Shown here piece after piece: positions 1 to 11,309 of a stretch of DNA of 64,000 bases (position 1 is the stretch's first letter; each line of letters starts with the position of its first letter). The notes under the pieces were generated by a model, which saw only the letters and a list, made by a program, of their open reading frames with translations, did not search any database and was not told the DNA's origin. Origin of the DNA: Nemertoderma westbladi (lineage: Eukaryota > Animalia > Xenacoelomorpha); contig JAUCBJ010002152.1 in assembly GCA_032718475.1 (NCBI GenBank), positions 1 to 64,000 of the forward strand, written 5' to 3'. Both the position numbers and the translations under genes were made by a program.

Positions 1-394
1 ATTATTATATTCTAATAAACTCTCTAGTTGCCGTCGCTGCCCTCAAGTTGACTCTACTGGTCCAGTTCCTGAAACCCAGGTAACAGGAGGAACAGATTCC
101 CTTGGTCCCATCGAGGAGGTGTTAGCAGAAGCCCATTCTAGAACTGATAGCCTCTCAGAAATCACCAGTCCTCTTCCTACAACAGGTAATACCCCTAATA
201 TAGAACTGATTCATTCTGATTCTCAAATGAACTGTTGACAATCAACTTAGAAAATCCCCGGAATGATTACTGTTTAAACTGCCACTGAACGGGAACAGCA
301 ACATACCCGTTACCCCTTAATCTAGTCCCTAAGGGGAATATCACACATAGATATAACTTTTTCCATTTAGAACCTAATATATATTTGCCCGCAC

Positions 395-525
395 AAATAT
401 TCCCCGAGCACGCTCTACCAACCGCTGTTATTCTCCCTGAGCACGCTCTACCAACCGACATTATTCTCCCCGAGCACGTTTTAACAACCACCCCGATTCT
501 CCCTGAGAGTGCTCTAACAACTGCC
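395..525. repeat. 33-bp tandem repeat, about 4 copies
   Basis: TTCTCCCyGAGCACGCTCTACCAACC units, visible as (ILPEHALPT)n in the ORF track. Confidence 0.75.
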
Positions 526-982
526 AAGCGACTAATTGGGTTAATCAATTATCCATTATTACTGAGTATAATTACCAACCTACGAGAGACCATACCTATG
601 AGAGACCATATTCTTCATTGGAGATAGGTATTGGCAAAGCTTCAAAACTATCTCACTGACTTAAATTTTATCCATTTAGTTCTATTGCTAACAAGTGTAT
701 TTTCTTACCATGTTCTGAAGAGGACTATGGTACTGGTACATTCATGGATTTACATTACGTTTAGTTTAGGCCTAGTGAAAATCATATATTATTAGAAGCA
801 ATATAGAAGACATACAAACATCTATAGTATAGTATACATATTTGTATAAATTGTGGCTTGCAAATACTGCGTTATCATCTTCAATGTTGATGAAGGACGT
901 GGAAATAAATGACGAAATGTGGAAAGAAATAGTGAAATGTGAAATGAATAATAAATGAGAAATGAAAAAAGAAAAAAAAATG

Positions 983-2223
983 TACGAGGTCAAATACCCA
1001 GCGCTTCTGCCCGGAACGTCGACACTAGCCAAGCTATTAATCCAACAGTGTCACGAGGAAAACCATCACGCAGGACAGAACTGGATTATAGCTAATATAC
1101 GACAAAGATATTGGATCACCCACATCCAGCCACTGATCCGGAAAGTGTTAAAACGTTGTTTTCCCTGCAGAAGATATCTAGCACCACCACTCACACAAAA
1201 GATGGCTGACTTACCAGCCACACGTCTACAGTCCGATTCCCCACCGTTCTATGTAACCGGAGTAGACTGTTTCGGACCATTCACGGTCATCGAGCAACGA
1301 TCCAACATCAAATGCTGGGGAGCCATCTTTACCTGCCTTAGGTCTAGGGCAATCTACCTAGACATCGTGGTGAACCTTATGCAACACGCATTCATCAACG
1401 CCCTGCGTCGGTTCGTGGCAAACAATGGGACATGTCGTCATATGTACTCCGATAATGGTACAAACTTTGTGGGAGGAGAAAGAGAACTTAGAGAGGCGAT
1501 CGAGGGATGGTTTACTGAGGACACCGCATCCTAAGTCTGGAGGGACCACCATATACAGTGGCACTTCCAAACACCCTTAGCACCCCATACGAGCGGGGTA
1601 TGGGAAAAGCTCATCGACTTAGTAAAACGATCCATGCGCGTCGCATTAGGAGACACCCGGGTAACCCATGACACCCTCCGCACAACATTCTGCAGATCAC
1701 GGCTACCCTGAACAACCGGCCCATCGTCCCTATCCGCGATGACCCCACAGATTTGGAGCCCCTCACTCCTAACCACCTACTGGGAAGACCCAAAACCCAT
1801 ATTCTCCCAGAGATGATGTTTCCGGATCCCAACGATATCGCGAGACATACAAATTGGAAGAAGGCCCAAGCGTTGGCAGCGCATTGGTGGAGAATCTGGG
1901 CCCAGGAGTACCTCATAACCCTCCGGACCAGGAGGAAGTGAAACAACACCTACAGGAATGTCGCAGTTGGCGACATGGTGCTAGTGAAAGAAGATCTCAA
2001 AGACCGCGTCCACTGGCCTGTGGCGCGAGTTGTGACAATACACCCGAGCAAAGACGGAATTGCAAGGACTGTGACGATAAGAACGGCAAAGGGCCACTTC
2101 CAACGCCCTATCCAGAGGCTGTGCCTTCTTGAAGGCAATGACAGCGGTGACTCTACGAGAGGTGATAAGTTCCCTACTCCGGATCCTGCTGCAGACATTG
2201 GTGACAATGCTAAACCCGTTTAA
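983..2223 (+). pseudogene. Bel/Pao integrase (H2C2 Zn finger, rve core, DUF5641-type C-terminus), disrupted
   Basis: HEENHHAG..RQRYWI..CFPC, MADLP..RL..PFYVTGVDCFGP, FINALRRF, SDNGTNFVG, EPLTPNHLLG, WRIWAQEYL, GDMVLVKED..WPVARV..RPIQRLCLL. Split by frameshifts and stops near 1532, 1695 and 1939. Confidence 0.93.
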
Positions 2224-2499
2224 ACCCTTCTCATCCTGTTGACAAACTCTTTTAAACTGTGATTTATCGACAATGATTATGGACCCCCTTAAACCAACTA
2301 TAACCACGCAATGGTATTTGTGTTTCCTCGTGTGTTATGTGGAGTCCAGCATCACCCTGCAGATGTTTCGACTGATGCAGGGTCGTTTATGTATTGTTTA
2401 CCCTGATTTTGGTCATCGGGACCAACGACATTGGATTATTGGAAATGGTAAAGATTTGAAGTGGAATTCATTGTATCCATTGTAGTATGTTATGTTGTC

Positions 2500-2900
2500 C
2501 GTTGCGTGTGCAGTTCGGGGCGTAGGCGGTGTAACTAGTCCAGCTGTAGATCCCGGATTGCTGCGCAACACCCCCTCTATCCCGTTATTCTGCTGGGTCC
2601 ATGGTGCATCCACATGACTTCGACGATAGAGGGTTTTATGTTTCTCAGTCGCGTTATTCTGGTGGGACCGTTGCGTGGATTTTGGGGCGTAGGCGGTGTA
2701 ACTAGTCCAGCTGTAGATCCCAGAATGTTGCGTAACCCCATCCCACATGACTTCGTCGGCTGAGCTTTATGTTACTGGGAGTGTTATTCTGGTGGGTACC
2801 TGGTGCATTCCACGTGACTTCACTCCCAGCGTCTTCATTGTCCGTTACGTGTGCAGTTTGGGGCGTAGGCGGTGTAACTAGCCCACCTGTAGACCCAGCT
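2500..2900. repeat. Three degenerate ~170-bp direct repeats downstream of the integrase
   Basis: GGGGCGTAGGCGGTGTAACTAG at ~2517, ~2684 and ~2860. Confidence 0.8.
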
Positions 2901-3446
2901 TCCACAATGAAAATTTCCCAAAGAAGATGATTGAATGTAGTTGGAAAAGATGAAAAGAAACAGACGATATTACTATAAACCGAATGATGATGCGTATGAT
3001 GATGAAAATGTAATGATGCGCACCCTGGTGCTGCGCTTGTAACAAGTGATGATAGCCGGGGGGCTATAACCCCAATGATGATGTGGAAATAAATGAAATG
3101 TAAAATAAATGTGGAACTAAATGATGAAATGTGTTGAAATAAATGAAATGTAATGAAATAATAATGAGAAATGAAAAAAGACAAAAAAAATGTATAAAAT
3201 GTCTAAAGAAAAGAATTGGAAAAAAGAAGAGGACATAAAAAGTCAAAACTGGTTGGATATTAATGTATAGCTATAGTAACTGTAAATGCTGAATGTATTA
3301 GCAATAAGATGGTAGATGCCTATATAGCAATGTTATTTAATAAACTGAATTAAAAATAAACTGAATTATTCTGCAGTCACTATAGTATCAGACTTTCTGG
3401 ATTTATAATTAACTGATATAAATTTGCAACGGACATAATTGTAAAT

Positions 3447-6044
3447 ATGGACCCAAATCGCCAAATTATCGGCAAACTACGTAATACGATAGATCTACTG
3501 GAATATCCACAACCTGGATCCCCTAACTTTGATACAAATTGGAGCGCCCTGATAAACGAGAATGTGCGAGTCGTCAAATTCTCCGGGCGAGAGGGACCGG
3601 ATTCCCGGAATCTACGAGCCCTCCGGTTGTCCGATGCAAGTACGAGACTGAAAAGAACTCGGAACGCAAAGGCAACCGGAGAGGATGAGCTGTCGTACTG
3701 GGAAACGTTCCGGCAAAGCGTCTACAGATCCCGATGTTTGATTTACGACAACGAGGGAAACGCGACGCCCACCTCGAAAGCGATGACGTTGGCGCGATGT
3801 CAAAGTTTCATCGACGATAAGAGTACGTACCTCGCCCATTGGGGAAACCTAGCGGAGTGTACGGCGATGCTACGAGAGGAACGTATATCGGTTATCCAGA
3901 ATCGCAACGACTACCAGGAGAAGTACGGGACGAAAGAATACGGTCGATCCTTGGTCGTCGTCCTCGGAACCCTGGACGGTTTGGTGTTGGTGTGTCGAAT
4001 ATTTCCGACACCCAGACAGGAGGTACGGACAGCCGGAGTGATCTGGCTACTACCTCCAGAGATCCAAAAGATCCTCTTCGACTTCGACGTCATTAAAATC
4101 GGGTCGGATATAAAAGCGGGCGTCCGAAACGACTACGCGAACGCTCCTTTTGGAAGAGACCGTAAAGAAGATCTCAATGCCATTAGTCATGCGTCGACAC
4201 CCAGACACTATTAGCCTGGTTACGATCCGCCGTATTCATGCGAGGATTCCGGGAGGTGAGACAGACGAAATCCGGTATTGGCCACCTCGCAGTACTAAAC
4301 GGCGGCGTTGACTTTAAACCTCAGAAATTCCAGGACTATAATAAGATATATGGTGGATATCTGGGATTAGAAATAAAGAGCGAGTGAGAGGGTCGATGGA
4401 AGGACGTTGAAAGGAAGTGGACGATACACCAAAGGTGGGAGAATCCGGATCGACGGAACTACATCTACGTCGTTATGGAGTCCTACACCGTCGCTAAGTT
4501 CATATGTAAAACTCTCGATAACCTCATTACGGCAGTTCCTCGTTCCTTTATCGACTATGAGTGGAATGAAGTTATCAGCCACGCCTTCAAAGCGGTCGAG
4601 AATATTACACCGGGAGAGACAAAAACGCTCACCGTTATCGATTCCTGGGACGAGAACAGACCTTTCGACATCCCTACGATTACCGATCTCCTTGGTGCGG
4701 AGGAGCCTCTGATTTCCTCGGAAGGGGAAGAACTATGGCTACAGGAAGGCGTTCTACTATCCACCCCAAAGCGACAACTCGAGCCGGAATCCGCTTACGA
4801 ACCAGCCGCCAAACGAGTTGCCTCGGCCGAACCTGCGATGGAAGCAGGTGCTTCCACCCCACTCGGTTCTGGTAGCCCTGCGAGGGAGTTAGTCACTACC
4901 TCCGCGTTGAGCGACTTCGGCGACATATGCCAGAGGTTATCCCCATATCCTTTCCCGGGTGGCGAAGACTGGTCTTCGGAGATTCCGAGTACCAGCACCC
5001 AATGGACCCGCTCAGCGATACTGGTCTAAGGGTCCCAGCGCTGCGCCGACTCCTGAAGATCTCCTCGGTATCCCTCCGTCGAAAGCCCCGGCACCTCTTC
5101 CCCGACCAGCGGTGGCAACTACCCCCTTCATTCCGCAAGATCCTATGCGACTAACCCGATGGTACGCCGAGCAGACCAAATGGATCCACCGCCAGAAACG
5201 GTCGTCCGAGATGAGACCGGCAGGACATAAAGAAGGTTATCGGAGCGAGAACCTACTACGCCAAAGCCCAGCCTTTCGCGGGCTACCGGCTACAGCGAAT
5301 ATTCAAAAGAGCGACCGACGACTCGAGTATTACGTCGGCGTCCCGATCCCGATCTTCTTCGGTCGGGAGATGCAGTTAGAGATATGCGCAGACTGTGGTT
5401 CGGAGCAGTGCCCACGCGGTAGATGAAATCGAGTAACCGATTCGTGCCTACAGCTCCTCGGGATTCTGTATTGTCCATTCTGCACGACATCGGGACACGA
5501 CGTCTCAGTTTGTCCAACCCTCTATAACCTCTGCACAACTTGCGGTTTCCGTGGACATTCCGCTAGCCCCCACTGCAATATAAAATGCCCCACAAAGGAC
5601 GTTACCACTATGGGAAATCTGGTTATATTCGAAACTTACGCAAATAGCCACATAAAGACCAAAGTACGGAGAAACGCTCGGAATATCGCGCAGGAAATGG
5701 CGTGTAGGTATTTTTCCTTCCCGGAATGCCTCCATACTACAGCGTCGCTACCTTTCCATTACGTGGATCTGTTGCTAAGCACCGGATTATTCGGTCCATT
5801 CGAGATCCTTAGATGCTTATATTCGTATAAAGAAGGGTTTGGTGATGGAAAATGGTTCCTGGAGGCGCGTAACACCGAGTTGGAAAGACGAACCGATATG
5901 ATCCCGTTGCCATCGAAAGGAAGAGCCGCCAGGAGACAAGAGGAAACGTTGCTCACGATGGATGTCGATGCTCCCCTACCAGCTCTAGCGATCGACGAGA
6001 GTCGACGGGCGAAGAGGAGAAAGGCGTATCAGAGCAAGAAATAA
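3447..6044 (+). pseudogene. Extra ORF of the Bel/Pao element: DEDDy 3'-5' exonuclease-like domain plus CCHC zinc knuckles (frameshifted)
   Basis: ExoI-like LIYDNEG; LPPEIQKILFDFDVIKIGSDIK; in a shifted frame CVDTQTL..KSGIGHLA; ExoIII-like YIYVVME. Frame 4959-6044 is broken only by TGA at 5424 and contains CPFCTTSGHDVSVC and CTTCGFRGHSASPHC. Confidence 0.65.
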
Positions 6045-6226
6045 AGGATCAGGATATTGCAGGAACATTTATATTGAACATTTATTTTTATATATATATA
6101 TATATATTAACTCTAGACCAAATTAATCAAGACTATGCAATATTAAAATTTTGGGATTTTTATATGGGAAATGACCTACGCAAACTCGATCTACCGATAG
6201 ACCTCACGAAGGTCATTGGGGGGGAC

Positions 6227-6829
6227 TGTTCGCGGTATTTCAACTTTTCCTAACGCGAGTTGAATATTTTTTGGATTTATTTAAAATGATTATTCCGATA
6301 TCACTACTGGGTGCGGGAACATGGGATTTGGGCACATTCGATGGACTGGGGGCGATTTATGGGTGAACATTGGGGCGACTTACGGGGTACGGGACTCATT
6401 TCATGTATATAAGGGCCAGGGGTGGGAGACAAAGTTAAGCAGTATTCAGGTTTACCTGATTACTATTAGGCCTAGCCAACTTCCTGCTGCCTGTAGAGGT
6501 GGATTTGGTAACTCGCTAGGTCTAAAGGACAAGGACTGCCCTTAGCTGTACTGTAGGGATTTATATTGTCGTGTTATATTATTGTGAATAATTTGGTGTA
6601 TATTGGTTTGGGGAAGCCCAACTTATTCTCAATCAAGGTTCAACTGTAGGGAAGTTACATTAAAGTGTATATCCAACCAATGAAACCTTTCCTCAACCGC
6701 AATCTTGCATTTAAGAACGTATTCCTTCTCCACAATCAATATCCGGTGACTGGCCAGGATTCCGTGGTCTGAAAAGTTCCGCCTCCAGCATCGGCATTTT
6801 CCCCCATGGTGTCGGGAATAACGGCAACA
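6227..6829 (+). repeat. 3' LTR of Bel/Pao element
   Basis: Starts TGTTCGCGGTATTT right after the PPT and ends GAATAACGGCAACA (imperfect inverted termini, TG..CA). TATA-like TGTATATAAG near 6403. The partner LTR is outside the window. Confidence 0.7.
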
Positions 6830-6937
6830 CTCTCACAAACTGTGTGTTTGTAATATAAATGTAATATAAAGTAGTCAGCTGATAGCTCTTCTGTCGAAAT
6901 CCAATGCAAATATTTATTACATAGGTCTGTAGGTTAA

Positions 6938-7810
6938 CCCTATTACCACTGGGGTGTTTTGACCATTAGCACCACTGGGGGGGGGGGGGGGGGGGGCGAT
7001 TCGGCCCACCCACTATATTTTTGTAGTCATCTAATGAAATCCTACAAAATTTGGGCTGTTGGTGAAACAACTATAGATGAACACTACCAAATCTTAAAAA
7101 GTTAAAATTTCATAAGCAGGGTCTCATAATTTTGATGAAAAATAAAAGTAGTCCCAGGACAAAATTTCAAAATTTTTCGTTTTCTAAAAACTAATAGTGT
7201 GGCAGTGTTGGCTAGATTTAGTAGGTTTTTCAAGACGCTGAATCGAATGTGATTATATTCCACTTCCAAAAATTGAAGTGGATGATATTTTTCGTGCACC
7301 TAAGAAGTCGCCAAAAATGGCGAACCACTAAGTCTTCAGGCTTCTATATTACTTTCAATCGATTCAGCGCTCCAGAAAACCTATAAAAATAGTGTATTTT
7401 CCGAATCTCGTATTTTTCAAAATTTGAAGTGCCACGCCCTAATTTTGGTGCTCCAAAAATGACGTACCACCTCACTTACATACTTGTATAGAGCATTAGA
7501 GTAATCCAAACCAATAAAAATAAATAAAAATAGCCCAAACATAAATAATTACTAAATCACGAATGACTTTGTAAAATTCGAAAATTTCAAAAAATTTGGT
7601 GCTGGAGACCAAATTTTGAGGTGGCACCCTCATCGAAAAGTAGAAATCCAATTGCAACGGCGTTTTTTGCAAAAGATGCGGCATTAAATTTGGCTAATTC
7701 TCACAAAAAATTGGGCCGGTACGTAATGTGGTTGCATAGTTACAGCAACTAAAAACTAGGAAGGGGCCGATTCGCCCCCCCCCCCCCCCCCCCCCCCAGT
7801 GGTAATAGGG
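6938..7810. mobile_element. Non-autonomous piggyBac-type element (MITE)
   Basis: TTAA on both sides (6934-6937 and 7811-7814); TIR CCCTATTACCACTGGGG / CCCCAGTGGTAATAGGG; no transposase. Confidence 0.9.
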
Positions 7811-8124
7811 TTAATGAGTGTATCTGAACTGAACTGATGATTGGCCCTAACTGAATTCATTAAGCCTCTACAGAAATCAGCCTCTACACTACACTATCAG
7901 ACTATGACAATCAGAAAATACAGCTATTACAGTATTACAGTACATGATTACTGGATTATATTGATTCCACAGCCAGTTCAGCAGTTGCTAGAACATCAGT
8001 AGGCCTACCATACCACATACCAGTCTGCAGTCGGCTAGCAGCTTGGTCGGTACCGGTCAAGGCCTACTAGAGAAACAGGCCTGGAATCCGAGATCAAGCC
8101 AATTATATTGAAGGCCTAATAATC

Positions 8125-8540
8125 CAATGTGTGTGTGTGTGTGTCCGGAGCTCTACAGCCCGCATTTCTAAACCAATCTGATCGAGTAAGGTATCAAACG
8201 AAGCGGAATTGTCATACGATGCTCACCGCCCAAAAACATTTTGGTATTCTAGAACATTATTTAGCTATTAATAGCTATTTTCACTACAGACCGCATTTAT
8301 AAATCGATTTGATCGATTAAGGTATCAAACGAAGCGGAATTGACCTGCAATGCATACCGCCCAAAAAATTTAGTACTCTAGTATTCTACTACTTAGTATT
8401 CTAGAACATTATTTAGCTATTAATAGCTATTATTGTAAATTGCAATTTTTCATGTGTTAACCATAGGCTATTATATACTACTACTTCTACTTGGGACTAC
8501 GTTAGGAGGACAAGCTGGCCGCCGCTAGCGCTATTCTAGA
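8125..8540. repeat. Helentron/HINE-like non-autonomous repeat inserted in the P element
   Basis: (GT)n microsatellite start, internal ~130-bp duplication (AAGGTATCAAACGAAGCGGAATTG twice), GC-rich end followed by CTAG. Confidence 0.4.
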
Positions 8541-8789
8541 ACATAGATAAATAAAGGTAATAGGATTTATTAATAATATTAATATAATAATAATAAACTG
8601 GAATATAATTTTTTTGATGAAATGGATGAACCCACCACAAAAATCGGTCGGTCTGCATGTTAGCACAGCTAGTTTAAGACTTTTGTCAAGTTGTAATTTC
8701 ACAAGAACTCTTAAGTAATATAATAATAATATGTACTGCTTAAGAATTACACTCAAGAGTTAAAAAAAAATTAAAAACACATCATGTTA

Positions 8790-9502
8790 TTGAATGTTCA
8801 GCCGCATTAGTTTTGGTTGTTTTGTTCCTACACGAGATGTTGACGCTGCACTAGTCGCAAACAGAGTGAGACGCCTCAGGAAGATATTGCCTAACGCCCT
8901 AGATGCTGTAGTTGGAACTTTAAGAGAAAATCGTAGAAAGGCCACCGTTTCAATAATATGTATCAAGCGATTGATGCAAGGAACTACCTTCGAGGTAATC
9001 AGGACAGAATACACGTTCTCCACAAGTCCTTAAAATTCGGCCATCGGTAAAGTGAGACCACCTCTGTTTAAGCAATCTAAATAAAGAGAATGATCCAAAA
9101 CTTCATTGTCAGTCATTGAAAGTACGGGATGTTTGCGAGCAACGTAGCCAGCTATATAAAACAATGCCATCTTCTCATCACCTGTAATTATCTCTGTTCC
9201 GGTCTCGTCAATGTGGTTTATAGCATCCACTTCATTGTCGGTCAACGTAATGTCAATACACGAGGAACACTTGTGCTTCCCAAGTTCACTTGAACATTCA
9301 ACCTCCAGTTCTGTGTATAGTTTCGCTCGATCAATGCGGTGGGCAACCACGTTTGCAATTCCACAGGATCTTTCGGAAACGCGTAGACCGTAATCGGTGA
9401 GGAATTCTCTTCCCCGTCGTCCATACCGGTCAGTTTATCCTTCGCGTTCGCATAACTAGCAGACCAGTTCTGCAACCATCGACGGAACACTTCCTTCCCA
9501 TC
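8790..9502 (-). pseudogene. THAP/P-element transposase remnant lacking the catalytic core
   Basis: THAP N-terminal fragment directly followed by YIAGY and RGGL C-terminal motifs; frameshifted. Confidence 0.75.
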
Positions 9503-10137
9503 GAGTTAACGGTCGTACAGTCGTATCAGGTTGTCACTTTGGTAGTTTATTCGGGTAGACACTCGTGTATTCAGGTAAACACCGAGCAGTCAGGTAGGAA
9601 GAGTAAACGATAACATAATTCAGTGCAGTAGGTAGTTCAAGATTTGTAAACTATAGGCCTACAGTATACCGGTATCAGAATTCTAGGCCTTCAATAATGA
9701 AGGCCTGTAGGCTGGCTGCCAGGCCTGTTTCTCTAATAGGCCTTGGTACTGGTACAGCACAGCCAGACAGCAGCACAGATATCAGGCAGTCAGGAGTATA
9801 TACAGCCTACTGCCCTGGCAGCTCTGTACAGTATTAATTACAGTATGCAGTACAGCATACGGCCAGTACTGCAGTTGCAGTACGGCTGTAGGCCTACAGC
9901 GCTACAAGCCTACGTCAGTCAGTCAGTACGTGTACGGTCCAGCGGTCGGTTCGCCAGATGCCAGAGCCAGACCTGTAGACTGTAGACAGCAGACTGCCTT
10001 CCTCCATTAACTCAGACGGGACTACCAGGCTGCCACTCCACTGCTCCAGGCTGCTGGGTGCCAATCTGCCAATGCCAGTTACCAGTAGGCCTACTGACTG
10101 ACTGACTGCAGTAAATACACACAACAAAACAAAAAAA

Positions 10138-10471
10138 CACAAACAGACAAAAATACACAAAAAAACACAATATGACCCAAAAAAAAGTACCCAAAAAGAC
10201 AAAAAAAATGTTTTTAATAAACAATGTATCTACAATAAGATCCTAAATCTTATTGTAGATACATTGTTTATTAAAAACATTTTTTTTTATGACCCAAAAA
10301 AAGTACCCAAAAAGACAAAAAAAATGGTTTTAATAAACAATGTATCTACAATAAGATCCTAAATCTTATTGTAGATACATTGTTTATTAAAAACATTTTT
10401 TTTGTCTTTTTGGGTACCCGTACTTTTTTTTGGGTCATATTGTGTTTTTTTGTGTATTTTTGTCTGTTTGT
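10138..10471. repeat. Long palindrome with a duplicated hairpin core
   Basis: Outer arms 10138-10240 and ~10365-10471 are reverse complements; the core CAATGTATCTACAATAAGAT-CCTAA-ATCTTATTGTAGATACATTG occurs twice. Confidence 0.9.
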
Positions 10472-11309
10472 CTATATTAATGCCCCCAATCGGGGGCATT
10501 AAGGGTCGGAGGTGTTAAGGGTCGCCAATAATTTTAATGGATACTGTGGTAATGCACTTCATAAAAAATGTGATTTTTTTTTCTTTATATTTGGCTATGA
10601 CATCTCAGCATCTGGTATGAAAACTAATTTCACAGTTTTGTATCAAATGATAGTCCAAAAAAACGAAAATAATCAGAGCTACATAATTCCTTAAGGTAAA
10701 GTTTGGTGTGAAACTTTTTCAGTGCTTGCTGAAACTTTTTTTCACTGTGTACATCATATTAATTGCTTTACAATTTTTTTTAGTTGTGGCCTATATTGTA
10801 TATATACCTATATGAGAATGTTATTGAGTCACAAGAAGTGTTGAAAACCGAAAATATAATTGGTTTTATCTAAATTTTTTATTTATCAACTTATCTGGCA
10901 TATTTTACCTTTTTGGGGGGCATTAAGGGTCATAAATTAATGTAGTCCTAGGGGCATTTGTGCAGGTAACAGGGTAAACTTTGTCAGTTTGTTATGCTAC
11001 ACTTGTAGAATATCTGAATATGGGACAATATACAATATGCTGTAGGAAATATAGGCTATATATTTAGCATATCAATTCAATACTGGTAGGCTCTGTCTTT
11101 GTAGCATATATATGTATATTCTATTACTAGTACCGTCAATTCTAGAATGGTGCTCTAACCTTTGCTGTTTAGTCTTCTAGTAGAGTAGGCCTACCCTGAT
11201 CCATCCTGCCCCCCTGTCTGCTGGATAGGTTATTTAGAGATTGTGATAGCCCTCTACTTTAAATACAAAGCACTGATAGCATAGCTTACAATATTATAGT
11301 GTATATATA

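Larger units (their letters stand above)
983..6829 (+). mobile_element. Bel/Pao LTR retrotransposon, 3' portion (integrase, extra ORF, PPT, 3' LTR)
   Basis: Bel/Pao-type integrase at 983-2223; G-rich polypurine tract at 6218-6225 followed by a TGTT...AACA-bounded LTR-like segment. The 5' part and 5' LTR are not seen in the window. Confidence 0.8.
8058..9745 (-). mobile_element. Internally deleted P-element-superfamily (THAP9-type) transposon
   Basis: TIR CAAGGCCTACTAGAGAAACAGGCCTG / CAGGCCTGTTTCTCTAATAGGCCTTG; 8-bp TSD GTACCGGT/GTACTGGT. The minus strand has a THAP start (MGRKCSVDGC..VYAFPKDP..W) joined to P-transposase C-terminal motifs (LFYIAGYVARK, LNRGGLTLP). Confidence 0.85.
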
